A DNA stretch of 64,000 bases from Candidatus Sungiibacteriota bacterium (GTDB lineage Bacteria > Patescibacteriota > Minisyncoccia > Sungbacterales > HO2-52-23), in the NCBI GenBank assembly GCA_016196115.1, contig JACPYI010000023.1, positions 1,348 through 65,347 on the forward strand, in the 5' to 3' direction. The notes below the pieces were generated by a model. The model did no database searches. It saw only the letters and a program-made list of their open reading frames with translations, and was not told the origin of the DNA. Positions 1 through 10,214 of the stretch are shown here, one piece after another (the first letter of the stretch is position 1; every line of letters begins with the position of its first letter). Position numbers and translations under genes: made by a program.

Positions 1-218
1 CCGAACATATCGGAATCCCTGGCAAGCCGCACGTTCACGTTAAAATTCTCAAAGCAGGGCACACTGTCGTGGTAGACATGCGGGTCGTAGGCGGCCCTGA
101 GATACGGGCTTGTATCAACGATCAGATCGGTTTTCAAGCGCGAAGCAACCCCGCGCCCGAACGCGTACTGAAACAACTGATTGCCTAAGCCCCCATGTAC
201 TCTCACGATGATTGACAT
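1..218 (-). CDS. alpha-1,2-fucosyltransferase-like GT11 protein, 5' part only (runs off window edge)
   Basis: Not in ORF track. Manual translation from ATG at 218: MSIIVRVHGGLGNQLFQYAFGRGVASRLKTDL, matching the GT11 N-terminal GGLGNQxFQY motif. Confidence 0.85.
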   Translation of the reverse strand, partial: MSIIVRVHGGLGNQLFQYAFGRGVASRLKTDLIVDTSPYLRAAYDPHVYHDSVPCFENFNVNVRLARDSDMF

Positions 219-242
219 ACGTGTGCTGCGCTTGATGCGGCA

Positions 243-857
243 TCAGGCGCGTTTGGGATACAGCCGAAAGTTGTCTTTTTTCATTTCAAACAAATAATTA
301 TGGGTTCGCGCCAATTCCTGTATTCGTGCAGCCGAGGGATATCCTCCATGTCCGGTGAAGTCACGGGCATCGTCTATCAGGATCACGTGATTTTTTACCG
401 GGTGATTGAATATCTGTTCCAGTTCCTCCTCAATGGGAGTAATGGTTTTCCCTCTGACCGTGTCGCCGCGGGAATCGTGCGCATCAAGCCAAAAAATCAC
501 GGGCTCCCGTATGTGCGCCAAGATCCGCGAAAGCATCTCGCTGCTGTCGCCGTGCACGATTTCTATATGGTTTTCATCTTTGAATCTTTCCCGCGCTTTC
601 CGCCACAATTCGTCTCCCAATTCTATGGAATACGCCTTGCGAAAATGGCGCTTGACTGCATCAACCATATCTCCTTTATGGGTTCCGGTTTCAATAAATA
701 TGCCGTACGGGAAACGTTTTTGCCAGGACAAGACCGAGTTTGTGTTTTTGTTCCTGATATTTCTGACCTTTCGCGCGTCAATCCATGCCATCAGCGGGGC
801 ATGCAAGCCGAAAAACTTGAGTGTTATTTTTGCGATTGATCTGGCTGTGGCTTTCAT
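243..857 (-). CDS. SAM-dependent methyltransferase-like protein
   Basis: FIETGTHKGD, YSIEL, HGDS, FWLDAH, ILIDDAR motifs. Start trimmed to MKATARS because the longer ORF overlaps the divergent gene. Confidence 0.7.
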   Translation of the reverse strand: MKATARSIAKITLKFFGLHAPLMAWIDARKVRNIRNKNTNSVLSWQKRFPYGIFIETGTHKGDMVDAVKRHFRKAYSIELGDELWRKARERFKDENHIEIVHGDSSEMLSRILAHIREPVIFWLDAHDSRGDTVRGKTITPIEEELEQIFNHPVKNHVILIDDARDFTGHGGYPSAARIQELARTHNYLFEMKKDNFRLYPKRA

Positions 858-958
858 AATAATTTTGATAATAGAAACTTTTCCTCGGCGGAAGATGTCA
901 TCGGAAATAAGTAAAAAATGCCCCTTGCATTCTTTTTTAGAGAATATATCATATCTAT

Positions 959-1954
959 ATGGAAATGAAAAGAGCATTGGTATTGGGCGCGGGCGGATTT
1001 ATCGGAGGCCATCTGGTGAAACGGCTCAAAAAAGAGGGATATTGGGTGCGGGGGGTGGATCTCAAGCGCCACGAATACGAAGAAAGTCCGGCGGATGAAT
1101 TTGTGATCGGGGATTTGCGTGATCCGCGGGTTTGCGAAAAAGTTTTGGATCAGCCGTTCGACCGGGTATATCAGCTTGCCGCGGACATGGGAGGCGCCGG
1201 TTTTATTTTTACCGGGGACAACGACGCGGCCATCATGCACAATTCCGCCCTGATCAATTTGAATATCGCGGAGCTTGCCTCGCGCATGGGCGTGAAAAAG
1301 ATTTTTTACTCGTCCTCGGCATGCATCTATCCGGAGCGCAACCAGATGGACCCGGAGAAGCCCGTATGCGCCGAAGAGTCCGCATATCCGGCGGCTCCGG
1401 ACAGCGAGTACGGCTGGGAAAAGATTTTCAGCGAACGTTTCTATCTTGCATGCGCCCGCAACTGTAAACTTCCGGTCCGCATCGCCCGCTTTCACAACGT
1501 GTTCGGTCCGGAGGGCACCTGGACCGGCAGCAGGGAAAAAGCTCCGGCTGCCATTTGCAGGAAAGTTGCGGAGGCACCCGATGGAGGCGAAATTGAAATC
1601 TGGGGAGACGGCAAGCAGACCCGCTCGTTTTTGTATATTGATGAATGTCTTGATGGCGTAGAGCGCTTGATGCGGTCCGACTTTACGGGTCCGGTCAATA
1701 TCGGTTCCGAAGAGATGGTCACGATCAACGGCCTTGCCCACATGGCAATGGAGATCGCGGGCAAGAAACTCTCCATCAAGCATGTGCCCGGGCCCCTTGG
1801 CGTGCGCGGGAGGAATTCCGACAACCGCCTCATCCTTGAAAAGCTCGGCTGGGCTCCTTCGCTGCCGCTCAAAGAGGGACTTGCCAAGACCTACGCATGG
1901 ATTGCGGATCGGGTGCGGGACAATCTGGTATACGCGACCAACCCATATGGCTGA
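959..1954 (+). CDS. NAD-dependent epimerase, GDP-mannose 3',5'-epimerase-like
   Basis: [50 protein letters not shown] motifs typical of the GME family. Confidence 0.85.
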   Translation: MEMKRALVLGAGGFIGGHLVKRLKKEGYWVRGVDLKRHEYEESPADEFVIGDLRDPRVCEKVLDQPFDRVYQLAADMGGAGFIFTGDNDAAIMHNSALINLNIAELASRMGVKKIFYSSSACIYPERNQMDPEKPVCAEESAYPAAPDSEYGWEKIFSERFYLACARNCKLPVRIARFHNVFGPEGTWTGSREKAPAAICRKVAEAPDGGEIEIWGDGKQTRSFLYIDECLDGVERLMRSDFTGPVNIGSEEMVTINGLAHMAMEIAGKKLSIKHVPGPLGVRGRNSDNRLILEKLGWAPSLPLKEGLAKTYAWIADRVRDNLVYATNPYG

Positions 1955-2738
1955 GACATTTCCCGCAACCATAGAGGGAGTCAAAGAGTATTGGAACGCC
2001 CGTCCCTGTAACATTCGCCACTCTCAGGCGCCGTTCGGAAGCAGGCAGTATTTTGACGAGGTGGAGAATCGGAAATATTTTGTGGAATATCATATTCCCG
2101 GGTTTGCAGAATTTGAAAAATGGAAAGGAAAAAATGTGTTGGAGATCGGATGCGGGATCGGCACCGATTCCATCAATTTCGCCCGGGCGGGCGCCAAACT
2201 TACTGCGACAGAACTTTCCGAAGAAAGTATCGGGGTATGCGAGAAGCGATTTGACGTGTATGGCCTTTCCGCGAAGTTTCTTACCGGAGACGCAGAAAAG
2301 TTGTCGTCGTTCGTCCCGGTCAAGCGCTACGACCTGGTGTATTCGTTTGGCGTGATCCACCACTCGCCGAATCCGGAGCTGATCGTAAAAGAGATCAAAA
2401 AATATATGGGGTCCGAATCCGAGTTGCGCATCATGCTTTATTCCAAGTATTCAACGAAAAATTTTTTGATCCGGCTCGGGCTCATGCAGCCCGAAGCGCA
2501 AACCGGGTGTCCTGTTGCCTATACCTACAGCGTGAAAGACATTAAAAAACTTCTCGACGGTTTTGACATAATCTCCATCCGCAAAGAGCATATTTTCCCC
2601 TATCGCATCGAACCCTACAAACGGTACGAATACCAAAAATCATTCCCGTGGAATATCCTCCCTCGCCCCGTATTCCGCTGGCTCGAACACCGCCTGGGCT
2701 GGCATACGCTTGTACGCGCGAAATTAAAATTGGCATAA
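1947..2738 (+). CDS. class I SAM-dependent methyltransferase
   Basis: [19 protein letters not shown]. Start MAETF overlaps the upstream stop. Confidence 0.85.
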   Translation: MAETFPATIEGVKEYWNARPCNIRHSQAPFGSRQYFDEVENRKYFVEYHIPGFAEFEKWKGKNVLEIGCGIGTDSINFARAGAKLTATELSEESIGVCEKRFDVYGLSAKFLTGDAEKLSSFVPVKRYDLVYSFGVIHHSPNPELIVKEIKKYMGSESELRIMLYSKYSTKNFLIRLGLMQPEAQTGCPVAYTYSVKDIKKLLDGFDIISIRKEHIFPYRIEPYKRYEYQKSFPWNILPRPVFRWLEHRLGWHTLVRAKLKLA

Positions 2739-2751
2739 CAAAAATCTCTCT

Positions 2752-3486
2752 ATGAAAATTGTCTGCCTCAACATTTGGAAGGGTAAGCTCTTGCCGGAAC
2801 TGGTCGCTTTTATCCAAAGCCATGCTCCCACAACGGACATTTTTTGTTTCCAGGAAATGGTTACCTCGCTTGATTCGTCTGGAGAGCGCGTTGATGTTTT
2901 CGGGATCATCGCGAAGTCGCTCCCCGGTTTTCAAGGATTTTTTGAAGCGGCCCAGGATTATGAAAGCGGGCTTGTTGAAGAAGGGCTTGCAATATTCGTA
3001 AAAAGGAGCGATCCCATCGACAAAGAAGGCGACTTCTTCGTGTATCGCACGAGAAATGCGATGATCAACGATGACGGGCGCACCTTGGGCAGAAATATCC
3101 AATTTATGCAGTTTTCCAAATCCGGAAAAGAGTTTGCGATCATCAACTTTCACGGCCTGTGGACCGGAGACGGCAGGGGCGATACGCCCGAGCGCATCGG
3201 CCAGTCGCAAAAACTGAAAGCATTTCTTAATCTGATCCAGTCGGCCAAAATCGTATGCGGCGATTTCAATTTGTCGCGCGATACCCAAAGCATGGCGATC
3301 ATTGAGGCGGGCATGAAAAATCTGATCAAAGAACACCACATCACCTCCACCCGCAACCGCTTCTTTGAGTATCCGGATAAATTCGCCGGCTACATCCTGG
3401 TTGATCCTGACGTGAACATAACAAACTTCCAAGTAATCCAAAACGAGGTCTCGGACCATCTGCCTCTGGTGCTTGAGTTTGAATAA
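2752..3486 (+). CDS. endonuclease/exonuclease/phosphatase (EEP) family protein
   Basis: CLNIW, CFQE, NFHG, CGDFN, SDHLP motifs. Confidence 0.85.
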   Translation: MKIVCLNIWKGKLLPELVAFIQSHAPTTDIFCFQEMVTSLDSSGERVDVFGIIAKSLPGFQGFFEAAQDYESGLVEEGLAIFVKRSDPIDKEGDFFVYRTRNAMINDDGRTLGRNIQFMQFSKSGKEFAIINFHGLWTGDGRGDTPERIGQSQKLKAFLNLIQSAKIVCGDFNLSRDTQSMAIIEAGMKNLIKEHHITSTRNRFFEYPDKFAGYILVDPDVNITNFQVIQNEVSDHLPLVLEFE

Positions 3487-3515
3487 AAATTATGGGTTCG
3501 TCTGTACGTATGTAC

Positions 3516-3548
3516 CCGCGCGTTTCCGTATGGGGTGCGCGGATTTTG
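3516..3548 (+). terminator. putative intrinsic terminator
   Basis: CCGCGC...GCGCGG stem followed by ATTTTG, downstream of the EEP gene. Confidence 0.45.
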
Positions 3549-3560
3549 ATTTGACTGGGC

Positions 3561-3622
3561 TTTACAAGATTAGTTTTGGGTGATAGGCTTCTTTCAAGAA
3601 GTAGCTTTACAAAAGAAGGAGG
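3561..3622 (+). promoter_or_regulatory. sigma70-like promoter and SD of the HD-like gene
   Basis: TTTACA-17-TAGGCT (3561-3589); AGGAGG at 3617-3622, 6 nt before ATG. Confidence 0.5.
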
Positions 3623-3628
3623 AAGGCA

Positions 3629-4399
3629 ATGATGACTGTCACGAGCAACGCTTTTCACGCGTATTTAGCGAATCTGACGGCAACTCTGATTTCCCACTAC
3701 ACGCCGCCCAATACCGGGGTGGGGTATGATTACAATCACATCTACGAGATGCTGATGTGGGGGCCCAAAATCAAGGCACTTGAACCGTACCGACACCTTG
3801 ATCTGAACGAATTCGTAATTGCGGTGTGGCTCCACAACACCGATCGGCCGGCTTTACTCAAAAAGGAAATCGGTTTTGTAGCGGATAGAAGAATGTCCGC
3901 CGGGGAATTCGCAACTGTATGGGCTGCATATCTGCACAAACTTCTTGTTGACAGTCCTTTTGACGAAGCAACCCGGGATCGGATCGTGGATGCCGTGATC
4001 CAGCATCCGAAAAAGTTCGATGAGCCCGGTGATTCAGTCCTTCTGACTACTTTGCGGATTGCGGACAAGATCGTGAGATTTGGTCCCTTGGGCATGATTG
4101 GACAACCGGCCAATAATCGCGGACATATGTTTTATGACCCGAAGAAACCTTTCGGATTCGGCTCAACGCGAGAGAGCGATCTGCAAACGGTCTATGACGA
4201 CTTTATGCGCGTTTTGGAATGGTACGGCATTCTGCCTTCCGACGAGGCGCGTTCACTTGTTCCCATATCCTGGATAAAAGCCGTGCTGGCTTTCTTGCGG
4301 GTCATGGGGGAGCAGATCGCCATGTACACCGGTAAAGAAAATTTGATTGAGTTGGATCTTAAAAAAGCACTCGGTGCCTATTACGAAAAGTTCGCATAA
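3629..4399 (+). CDS. HD-domain-like phosphohydrolase, degenerate (HN instead of HD)
   Basis: NHI...WLHNTD...QH...RIADK spacing resembles the HD fold. Strong SD. Confidence 0.55.
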   Translation: MMTVTSNAFHAYLANLTATLISHYTPPNTGVGYDYNHIYEMLMWGPKIKALEPYRHLDLNEFVIAVWLHNTDRPALLKKEIGFVADRRMSAGEFATVWAAYLHKLLVDSPFDEATRDRIVDAVIQHPKKFDEPGDSVLLTTLRIADKIVRFGPLGMIGQPANNRGHMFYDPKKPFGFGSTRESDLQTVYDDFMRVLEWYGILPSDEARSLVPISWIKAVLAFLRVMGEQIAMYTGKENLIELDLKKALGAYYEKFA

Positions 4400-4408
4400 C
4401 AAATCTAA

Positions 4409-4440
4409 AGCTCCATCTCCGGATGGGGCTGTTCTAATTT
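4409..4440 (+). terminator. hairpin terminator between convergent genes
   Basis: AGCTCCATC-TCCG-GATGGGGCT followed by GTTCTAATTT. Confidence 0.65.
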
Positions 4441-4452
4441 TTGCTTTTTTAT

Positions 4453-5808
4453 TTAGGTTAGTCGGGGATCGTTCTTCAGTGGTGTTCTGCCGAGTGAAAT
4501 ATAAGTAACGTGTTTGGGAAATTGATCTTGGCGGAACATGCCCCAGGGGTCTATGATGGTTTTTTTGGCTGTACTTTTGTTGAAAGCATGGGGCAGGCGG
4601 GCGAACAAGGGATCCGGGTTTGAGACGAGCATGACGTGGCTTTTGTCGAGCAAATCCTGAAAGGACGCGGCGTAGGTTACGGTGTTGTGCAGGATTTCTT
4701 TGGCGTGGTCGTGTCCCATGTGCTCAAAGAGCGTGACACGGTAATTTTTTTTGAGCAACTGCTGCGTTATTTTTAGTGCCTGCGATTCCTCGAAGTGCGT
4801 TGTTTTCGGTTTATAGCTTATGCCAAGGATGCCGATCCGGTGTTTCTTGCGTTGCGAGACCGAAGCGATAAACCTGCTCACTTTTGCCGGGATCAATTCG
4901 TTGAGCGTATGCGTGGCAAGGGCAAGAGGGGTTTTGATGCCGCGCCGCATCGCCATATTGGCAAATGCGAAGTTGTCCCGCGGAAAGCATGGTCCGCCGT
5001 ATCCGAGGCCGCTCCGGAAGTATCTCTGGCCGATGCGTTTGTCTTTGCCCAGAGCGCCGGTAATGTCGTCTACGTTTGCGTGGGGAAGGCGCGAACATAT
5101 CTCGCCCAAAATATTGGCAAACGTGATTTTCATGGTGACATAGGAATTCAAACTGATCTTTGCAAGCTCGGCGCTCTCAACGCTCATGCGCTCGATCGGC
5201 GCCGCGCCGCCATAGATGTCTTGATATATCTCCTCAAGCATATTGCCGGATTTTTTGTCATACGCGCCGAGAAAGAGAAAGTCAGGATTGCGCAAATTGC
5301 CGATGATGTCGCCAATGGCGATCAAGCTCGGGCTGTAGCAGTATCCGAAATCAACCCCGCATTTTTTCCCGGAATATTTTTCCAGCGCCGGAATAATTGC
5401 GTTTCGCGAATCTTCGGGCAGGACCGTGCTGACCAGCACCAGCAGGTGATAGCCCTTCTTTGTGCGAAGCGCCGGCCCTATCTTTTTTGCAACGTCAACG
5501 ACATAGGCGGTGGAAAACGATCCGTCTTTTTTGCTTGGTGTAGGCACGACGATAAAGGTGACGTCGCTCATGCCGATCAATTTTTCTGGATCGCTGGCCG
5601 CGGAGATCCGCTTCCGGTTGGCCGCAATAAGTTCGGCAAGTTCCGGCTCTTGCACCGGCGCTCGGCCCTCGTTGACGGCCTGAACGTGCTCCTCTTTGAC
5701 ATCAAAGCCGATGATCTGATATCCCTTGCTTGCATAAAAGGCAGCGTAGCAGGCCCCGAGCTTGCCCAGGCCCATGACCGATAGTTTTGCCTTAGTAATT
5801 TTTTTCAT
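4453..5808 (-). CDS. UDP-glucose/GDP-mannose dehydrogenase family protein
   Basis: GLGKLG, VPTP, STVLP, SAELAK, GYGGPCFPRD, LGISYKP. Confidence 0.9.
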   Translation of the reverse strand: MKKITKAKLSVMGLGKLGACYAAFYASKGYQIIGFDVKEEHVQAVNEGRAPVQEPELAELIAANRKRISAASDPEKLIGMSDVTFIVVPTPSKKDGSFSTAYVVDVAKKIGPALRTKKGYHLLVLVSTVLPEDSRNAIIPALEKYSGKKCGVDFGYCYSPSLIAIGDIIGNLRNPDFLFLGAYDKKSGNMLEEIYQDIYGGAAPIERMSVESAELAKISLNSYVTMKITFANILGEICSRLPHANVDDITGALGKDKRIGQRYFRSGLGYGGPCFPRDNFAFANMAMRRGIKTPLALATHTLNELIPAKVSRFIASVSQRKKHRIGILGISYKPKTTHFEESQALKITQQLLKKNYRVTLFEHMGHDHAKEILHNTVTYAASFQDLLDKSHVMLVSNPDPLFARLPHAFNKSTAKKTIIDPWGMFRQDQFPKHVTYISLGRTPLKNDPRLT

Positions 5809-5814
5809 GTGGAC

Positions 5815-6867
5815 TTAAGTTAAGTATTTTAAGTACTTTTCGAAAAACCGCTGCGTCGTGTACTCGGCCATAAATTTTTTATGCGCGTTTTCGATCACGG
5901 GCTCATATTTCTTGAAGTCGGATAAAATTTCCCGCACCTTTTCCTCCAATTTGCCCGGCTCGTAGTAGATGAATTCCTTGCCCGGCTCAAAAAAGCGCTC
6001 AATGAGATTCCACGGATCGCGCCGGCACAAGATCAGCGAACGGCAGAGCGCCGCCTCAAAAGCTCTGGTCTTTAACTGCGGCGCCGTGAATGTCTTGCCG
6101 CGGATGCGGTCGAAGAAATTTGTGATGATTCCACGCGCGCTTGGTCGCGGAAATAAGGCGAATGCCCCGTTATCTTCCCACCCCTTGGTCCGCCAGACGT
6201 TCGTAACGCCCGCGGCATTGCAGGGAACGGTGTTTTGGAGAAGCGTGATTTTGGTCTGCGCCATGATCTTCCATTTTTCAAGATGCGGGATGTTTTGCTC
6301 GGTGATATAGCGCGCTCCGGCCTCCAGGAATTTCATACTGGGGAACAGGTGTCTCATCTTTCGTACGATTCGGAGATTGGGGATCGTTTTGTAGGTGAGG
6401 ATACCATTGTGGGCGATAAACCTATAATTGAATCGTGATATTGTTTTGACATCCTCAAATATCTCCTTGCTGTGCAGGCCGCCGCTGTAGATGATGTCAT
6501 ATATTTTTTCCATTTTGGGCGGTCCCAGTTCCGGATCAATCGGATAAAAAACAGGAATGCGCCGTTGAGCGCCTTGTTGCTTGTTCAGCCACGCGGCCGT
6601 GAACGGACAGATGGTCAGAATTTTATAAAAATAGTACTCGTACTCGTCCCGTCTGAAAACAGGATCGCTCAAGAAAAATCGGTTTGGCTCCTCAAGCTCG
6701 GCATACACTATTTTCCTGCCCTTGAGCGCCGGGCCCAGCAGCCCTTTGAAATTGATTCGCACCTCCAGATAGACAAAGTCCCCGGCCAGATGGGCGAATT
6801 TGTCCATATTGGTAAACGACATGATCCACTCCTCTGGATATTTTCTTCCCCCGGTGTGCACTTCCAT
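5815..6867 (-). CDS. glycosyltransferase-like protein (CgeB/GT-B C-terminal domain)
   Basis: KTRAFEAA...IERFFEPGKEFIYY...IENAHKK motif. Confidence 0.6.
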   Translation of the reverse strand: MEVHTGGRKYPEEWIMSFTNMDKFAHLAGDFVYLEVRINFKGLLGPALKGRKIVYAELEEPNRFFLSDPVFRRDEYEYYFYKILTICPFTAAWLNKQQGAQRRIPVFYPIDPELGPPKMEKIYDIIYSGGLHSKEIFEDVKTISRFNYRFIAHNGILTYKTIPNLRIVRKMRHLFPSMKFLEAGARYITEQNIPHLEKWKIMAQTKITLLQNTVPCNAAGVTNVWRTKGWEDNGAFALFPRPSARGIITNFFDRIRGKTFTAPQLKTRAFEAALCRSLILCRRDPWNLIERFFEPGKEFIYYEPGKLEEKVREILSDFKKYEPVIENAHKKFMAEYTTQRFFEKYLKYLT

Positions 6868-6870
6868 ATA

Positions 6871-7716
6871 TTATGAGCGTTGATGTGCCGGTTTTTCTTT
6901 GATCTTTTGCCCGTTTTCCTCAAGACCGGGAGGCAGCGGTTTATAGCGGAGCAATTTTACCACGCTTCCGGTGTTCATATGAAATTCGGTTATCGGGATG
7001 ATTCGGCGCGACCATTCCGCATCTTCCCCTTCGCCCCAGCGCAGGTTTTCGTCCAGTGGATTTTCCGCATAGAAATTTCTTTTCACCGCAAAGTACGTGC
7101 CGCTTATGTATTGATGTTCGGTATGCTTCGCGTCATAGGGGATCAGAGCAAACTTCATGGTGGAAACATCAAACTTGATCCAGTCCTTCCATCTGGCGCC
7201 GTCGGTGTTTATGATCCTGTTCATACACACGTCAAAATCGGATCCGAATTCGTCAAATCCCTTTTTCCATCCGGGTTCAAGGGCAAGATAATCGTGCGTG
7301 AGTACGACTTTGTCGTAGCGCGCGAGTGCCACCCCCATGTTTTTTTTCTTGGTGATCCAGCCGGATGCGAGGTTTAGCTCGCGGTAGGGGACATGCCGCA
7401 CCCCAGCCATAAACGCCTCGCGTGCGAGCCGAGGCGGTCCCACGACAATGATCTCAAACGGAGTTCCCTTAAGTTCGCGCGTCATGGATTGGATGGCCTG
7501 TTGCAGCAGATTGTTTGACTTGCCGTCGGTGATAATCACGATTGACCATCCGACTTTCACATCTATAGGCAGGAGGTTTGTTTTTGGGTTTATGATGTTT
7601 TCATACCTCTGGGAAACAAAGCGCAACAAAGATGCGCGAAGCCGCACCAAAAAAACTCTTCCCATGCCCAGCTTTTCGTACAAGCCGGGATACTTTTTTT
7701 TCAGCGCGCGTTTCAT
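6871..7716 (-). CDS. GT-A fold (GT2-like) glycosyltransferase
   Basis: SIVII, EIIVVG, WITKKKN, HDY, WGEGEDAEW. Confidence 0.65.
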   Translation of the reverse strand: MKRALKKKYPGLYEKLGMGRVFLVRLRASLLRFVSQRYENIINPKTNLLPIDVKVGWSIVIITDGKSNNLLQQAIQSMTRELKGTPFEIIVVGPPRLAREAFMAGVRHVPYRELNLASGWITKKKNMGVALARYDKVVLTHDYLALEPGWKKGFDEFGSDFDVCMNRIINTDGARWKDWIKFDVSTMKFALIPYDAKHTEHQYISGTYFAVKRNFYAENPLDENLRWGEGEDAEWSRRIIPITEFHMNTGSVVKLLRYKPLPPGLEENGQKIKEKPAHQRS

Positions 7717-8468
7717 ACCGTTATCTTCTTGTCCTCAAGCCCCCTGATAAAAAGCTCCAAGTCCTCGGGCGTGCCGAGACCATGCATCTTTTCTGCGGCA
7801 GTAGTGCGCGCATAGATATTTTTATTTCCCAAAATAAGCTCGTTGTATACGGGACAGACATAAAACTCGTTATTGTGCCGGATGTTTTTGCGGATCATGG
7901 ATTGCGCCGCCTCGACAAAATCACTGCCTTTCTGAAAATAGTAAATCCCGGCGGTTGCGTTATTGGAAATAACCCTTTTCTCCGCGGTTTCAAGAACCTT
8001 TCCGGAAGAATCAACCCGCGCATAGCTCCATTTCGGATGGCTGGCATGAAAGGTCAGGATCAGCCCGTCTTTTTCGTGCTCGCGGGCACTGGCGATGAAA
8101 TCATTGATGTCAAACTCGATATATTGATCCGAGTTCGCAATGATCAGTTCCTCGCCGGTGTTGATGTGGTGGCTGGCGCATAGAACCGTGCATGCCGCTC
8201 CTTCAGTGATGCCGCCAATAGGCACGATCTCAAATTTATTGTTGGTCGCGTTTTTCAGAATATTGTAGAGATCGTATTTTTCCTGAAGCTCTTTCCTGCA
8301 TACAAAAATAAATTTGTGATCCGTCTGCGGGCGCAGATTATTGACCACGACCTCGATCATGGTCTTTCCTTTGATATCAATGAGGGGCTTGGGAAATGCA
8401 TAGCCCGCATCCTTAAACGGAGCGCCTTGTCCGGCCATGGGGATCACGATGTTGAGCATTTTTTCCAT
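7713..8468 (-). CDS. sugar-phosphate nucleotidyltransferase (PMAG type)
   Basis: IPMAGQG, PKPLI, TEGAACT, ANSD, AEKRVIS, EFYVCPVYN, GLGTPEDL. Confidence 0.85.
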   Translation of the reverse strand: MEKMLNIVIPMAGQGAPFKDAGYAFPKPLIDIKGKTMIEVVVNNLRPQTDHKFIFVCRKELQEKYDLYNILKNATNNKFEIVPIGGITEGAACTVLCASHHINTGEELIIANSDQYIEFDINDFIASAREHEKDGLILTFHASHPKWSYARVDSSGKVLETAEKRVISNNATAGIYYFQKGSDFVEAAQSMIRKNIRHNNEFYVCPVYNELILGNKNIYARTTAAEKMHGLGTPEDLELFIRGLEDKKITV

Positions 8469-8478
8469 ACATGTATGC

Positions 8479-9300
8479 TTAGGGGAGTTTTGTGTCGCAA
8501 TGCTGCAAGAAATATTCCAAGTCCGCGGGCGTGCCAAGTCCCCACACGATCGGCGTGATTGCGGCCTGTATTTTCATGCCCTTGGAGATGAGTTCCTGAT
8601 AAATGGGCGCCACGTAAAATTCTTTTTTCCCTTCGTCGCCGGTGGTGCGGTTGGCCGCGATCGCCTCTTCCACCGCATCAAAAAAATAATGCGCTTTGGT
8701 AAAACAGTATGCGCCGATATTTGCGTACGCGCCCCGCTCCATAAGCGCGCGATCTTTTTCGCCGACTTGCTCGATCACGGTTGAGCCGGATTTTACCAGC
8801 GCATAACTCCAGCGCGGGATACGGTCGTCGGGCGCCGAGAACACCGGAATCATGCCGGCGGTGTCCGGGTCTTTATGTTCAAGCATGGCGGCAAGATAGC
8901 TGCCGTCAAAAAAGTGATCCGAGTCCGAGATAATTATTTGCTCGTCCGGATCAACAAACGGCCGTGTCTGATACGCGGTCTCGGCCGCTCCGCGCGTAAC
9001 CGCATCAAGCGAGATCACGTGGATGTCGTTTGAATATATTTTTTTCAGTTCGCTCGTGATCGCGTGGCTCTTGTCGTGTTCTTTGAGTACGATGAAAATC
9101 ATATCTTTGGGCGTGACCCGCAACGGCGATACCACGTGCTGTCCCGGATGCTCCAAAAACGGCAGCGAGCCGGTTGCCCAGCGCACCATAGGAAAGCCCC
9201 GCACCGAAATAAGCGGCTTTGGTTTGGTATATTCGGGATTTTGGTCCGCGACCTTCTGAAACCGCGTCCCCAGCCCCGCCATAGGCACGATAATTTTCAT
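8479..9300 (-). CDS. sugar-phosphate nucleotidyltransferase (PMAG type), second paralog
   Basis: VPMAGLGTRF, PKPLI, TRGAAET, DSD, EFYVAP, GLGTPADL. Confidence 0.85.
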   Translation of the reverse strand: MKIIVPMAGLGTRFQKVADQNPEYTKPKPLISVRGFPMVRWATGSLPFLEHPGQHVVSPLRVTPKDMIFIVLKEHDKSHAITSELKKIYSNDIHVISLDAVTRGAAETAYQTRPFVDPDEQIIISDSDHFFDGSYLAAMLEHKDPDTAGMIPVFSAPDDRIPRWSYALVKSGSTVIEQVGEKDRALMERGAYANIGAYCFTKAHYFFDAVEEAIAANRTTGDEGKKEFYVAPIYQELISKGMKIQAAITPIVWGLGTPADLEYFLQHCDTKLP

Positions 9301-9367
9301 GTGTCCCAATCTTATGATCTATAACGTAGCACACATCATAAAAAGTTTCCACTTGTTTTCTCGCCGT

Positions 9368-9408
9368 AAAAATAAGAGCGATCTTTCGCGTATTCGCAAA
9401 AGTCGCTC
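9368..9408 (-). terminator. putative intrinsic terminator of the 2H gene
   Basis: GAGCGA...TCGCTC stem with a U-rich tail on the minus strand. Confidence 0.55.
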
Positions 9409-9420
9409 ATGTCATGATGC

Positions 9421-10086
9421 CTACCGTGCCGACAACGTCAGCAGTTGGTAGGCGGTTCCGCAGAATAGCCGTTTAATGTTTAGATCTACAGGAGTCGCGA
9501 GGATGGCCTCACGCACCTCGAGAATGTGGTTGATATATTTCTTTGGCCGGAAACGTTTCGGAAGCGTCCGGATTCGGGCGAGCGTACAGTGCAAAATGTC
9601 TTCCATGGGCAATGGTCGGATACCGCGCTGCTCGTAGTATGCCGACAGTTGTTGCCGGGCATTGATAATCTCATCCGGCACATACGCTGCGTTTAGGAGC
9701 ACATTGCCGCAGTCAATGAGAAGCTGAGAATAAACGATTGTGGTAGCAGACAAAACTTGCTCGATCCTGCGGACAAGCTCCACACCCTCGGCATCAAAGA
9801 AAAGATCCGGCTCCGCCGCAACTCCTTCCTGAAGCGTACAGTGCCAAGGATAATCTCGCCCCACAAGGAAAAATTTCACACCCGTATCTTGTTCAATGTT
9901 ATCAAAGATAAGGGTTAGGGTAACTGGTGCCAACGAGTCATTCATGAAGCCGATGGACGTATTGAGCCGCATCCGCAATTCTTCCGGCACGGATGGGAAC
10001 AAAGGAATGTTGCCGCTTCTTACCGCCGCCATTCCCGCCTCGTGAATCCGATTACATTTTTCAAGAACTGGGTTTGGATTGCTCAC
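9421..10086 (-). CDS. 2H phosphoesterase superfamily protein
   Basis: Two HxT motifs (WHCTL, LHCTL) about 85 aa apart. GTG start with GGGGTG SD. Confidence 0.65.
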   Translation of the reverse strand: MSNPNPVLEKCNRIHEAGMAAVRSGNIPLFPSVPEELRMRLNTSIGFMNDSLAPVTLTLIFDNIEQDTGVKFFLVGRDYPWHCTLQEGVAAEPDLFFDAEGVELVRRIEQVLSATTIVYSQLLIDCGNVLLNAAYVPDEIINARQQLSAYYEQRGIRPLPMEDILHCTLARIRTLPKRFRPKKYINHILEVREAILATPVDLNIKRLFCGTAYQLLTLSAR

Positions 10087-10131
10087 TGTGCACCCCTTTC
10101 ATTGGTTGTTTGTGAAGCAATATGTAGGAGA

Positions 10132-10160
10132 AGCGTATACTTTATTTGCGATTTTGTCAA
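10132..10160 (-). promoter_or_regulatory. sigma70-like promoter of the 2H gene
   Basis: TTGACA-17-TACGCT on the minus strand. Confidence 0.55.
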
Positions 10161-10214
10161 AAGGTATGCGTTAAGGTTGTAAAAGATGTCCTTTTAGAAT
10201 ATAAAGGAGAATAT

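Noticed and set aside
854-2014. Long antisense ORFs (e.g. 854-2014, 2542-3459, 4795-5784, 13595-14548, 33780-34574)
   Set aside because: They shadow well-supported genes on the opposite strand and have no recognisable motifs.
4393-4440. Cassette 3' hairpins as integron attC sites
   Set aside because: No matching RYYYAAC/GTTRRRY ends and no integrase; they look like terminators.
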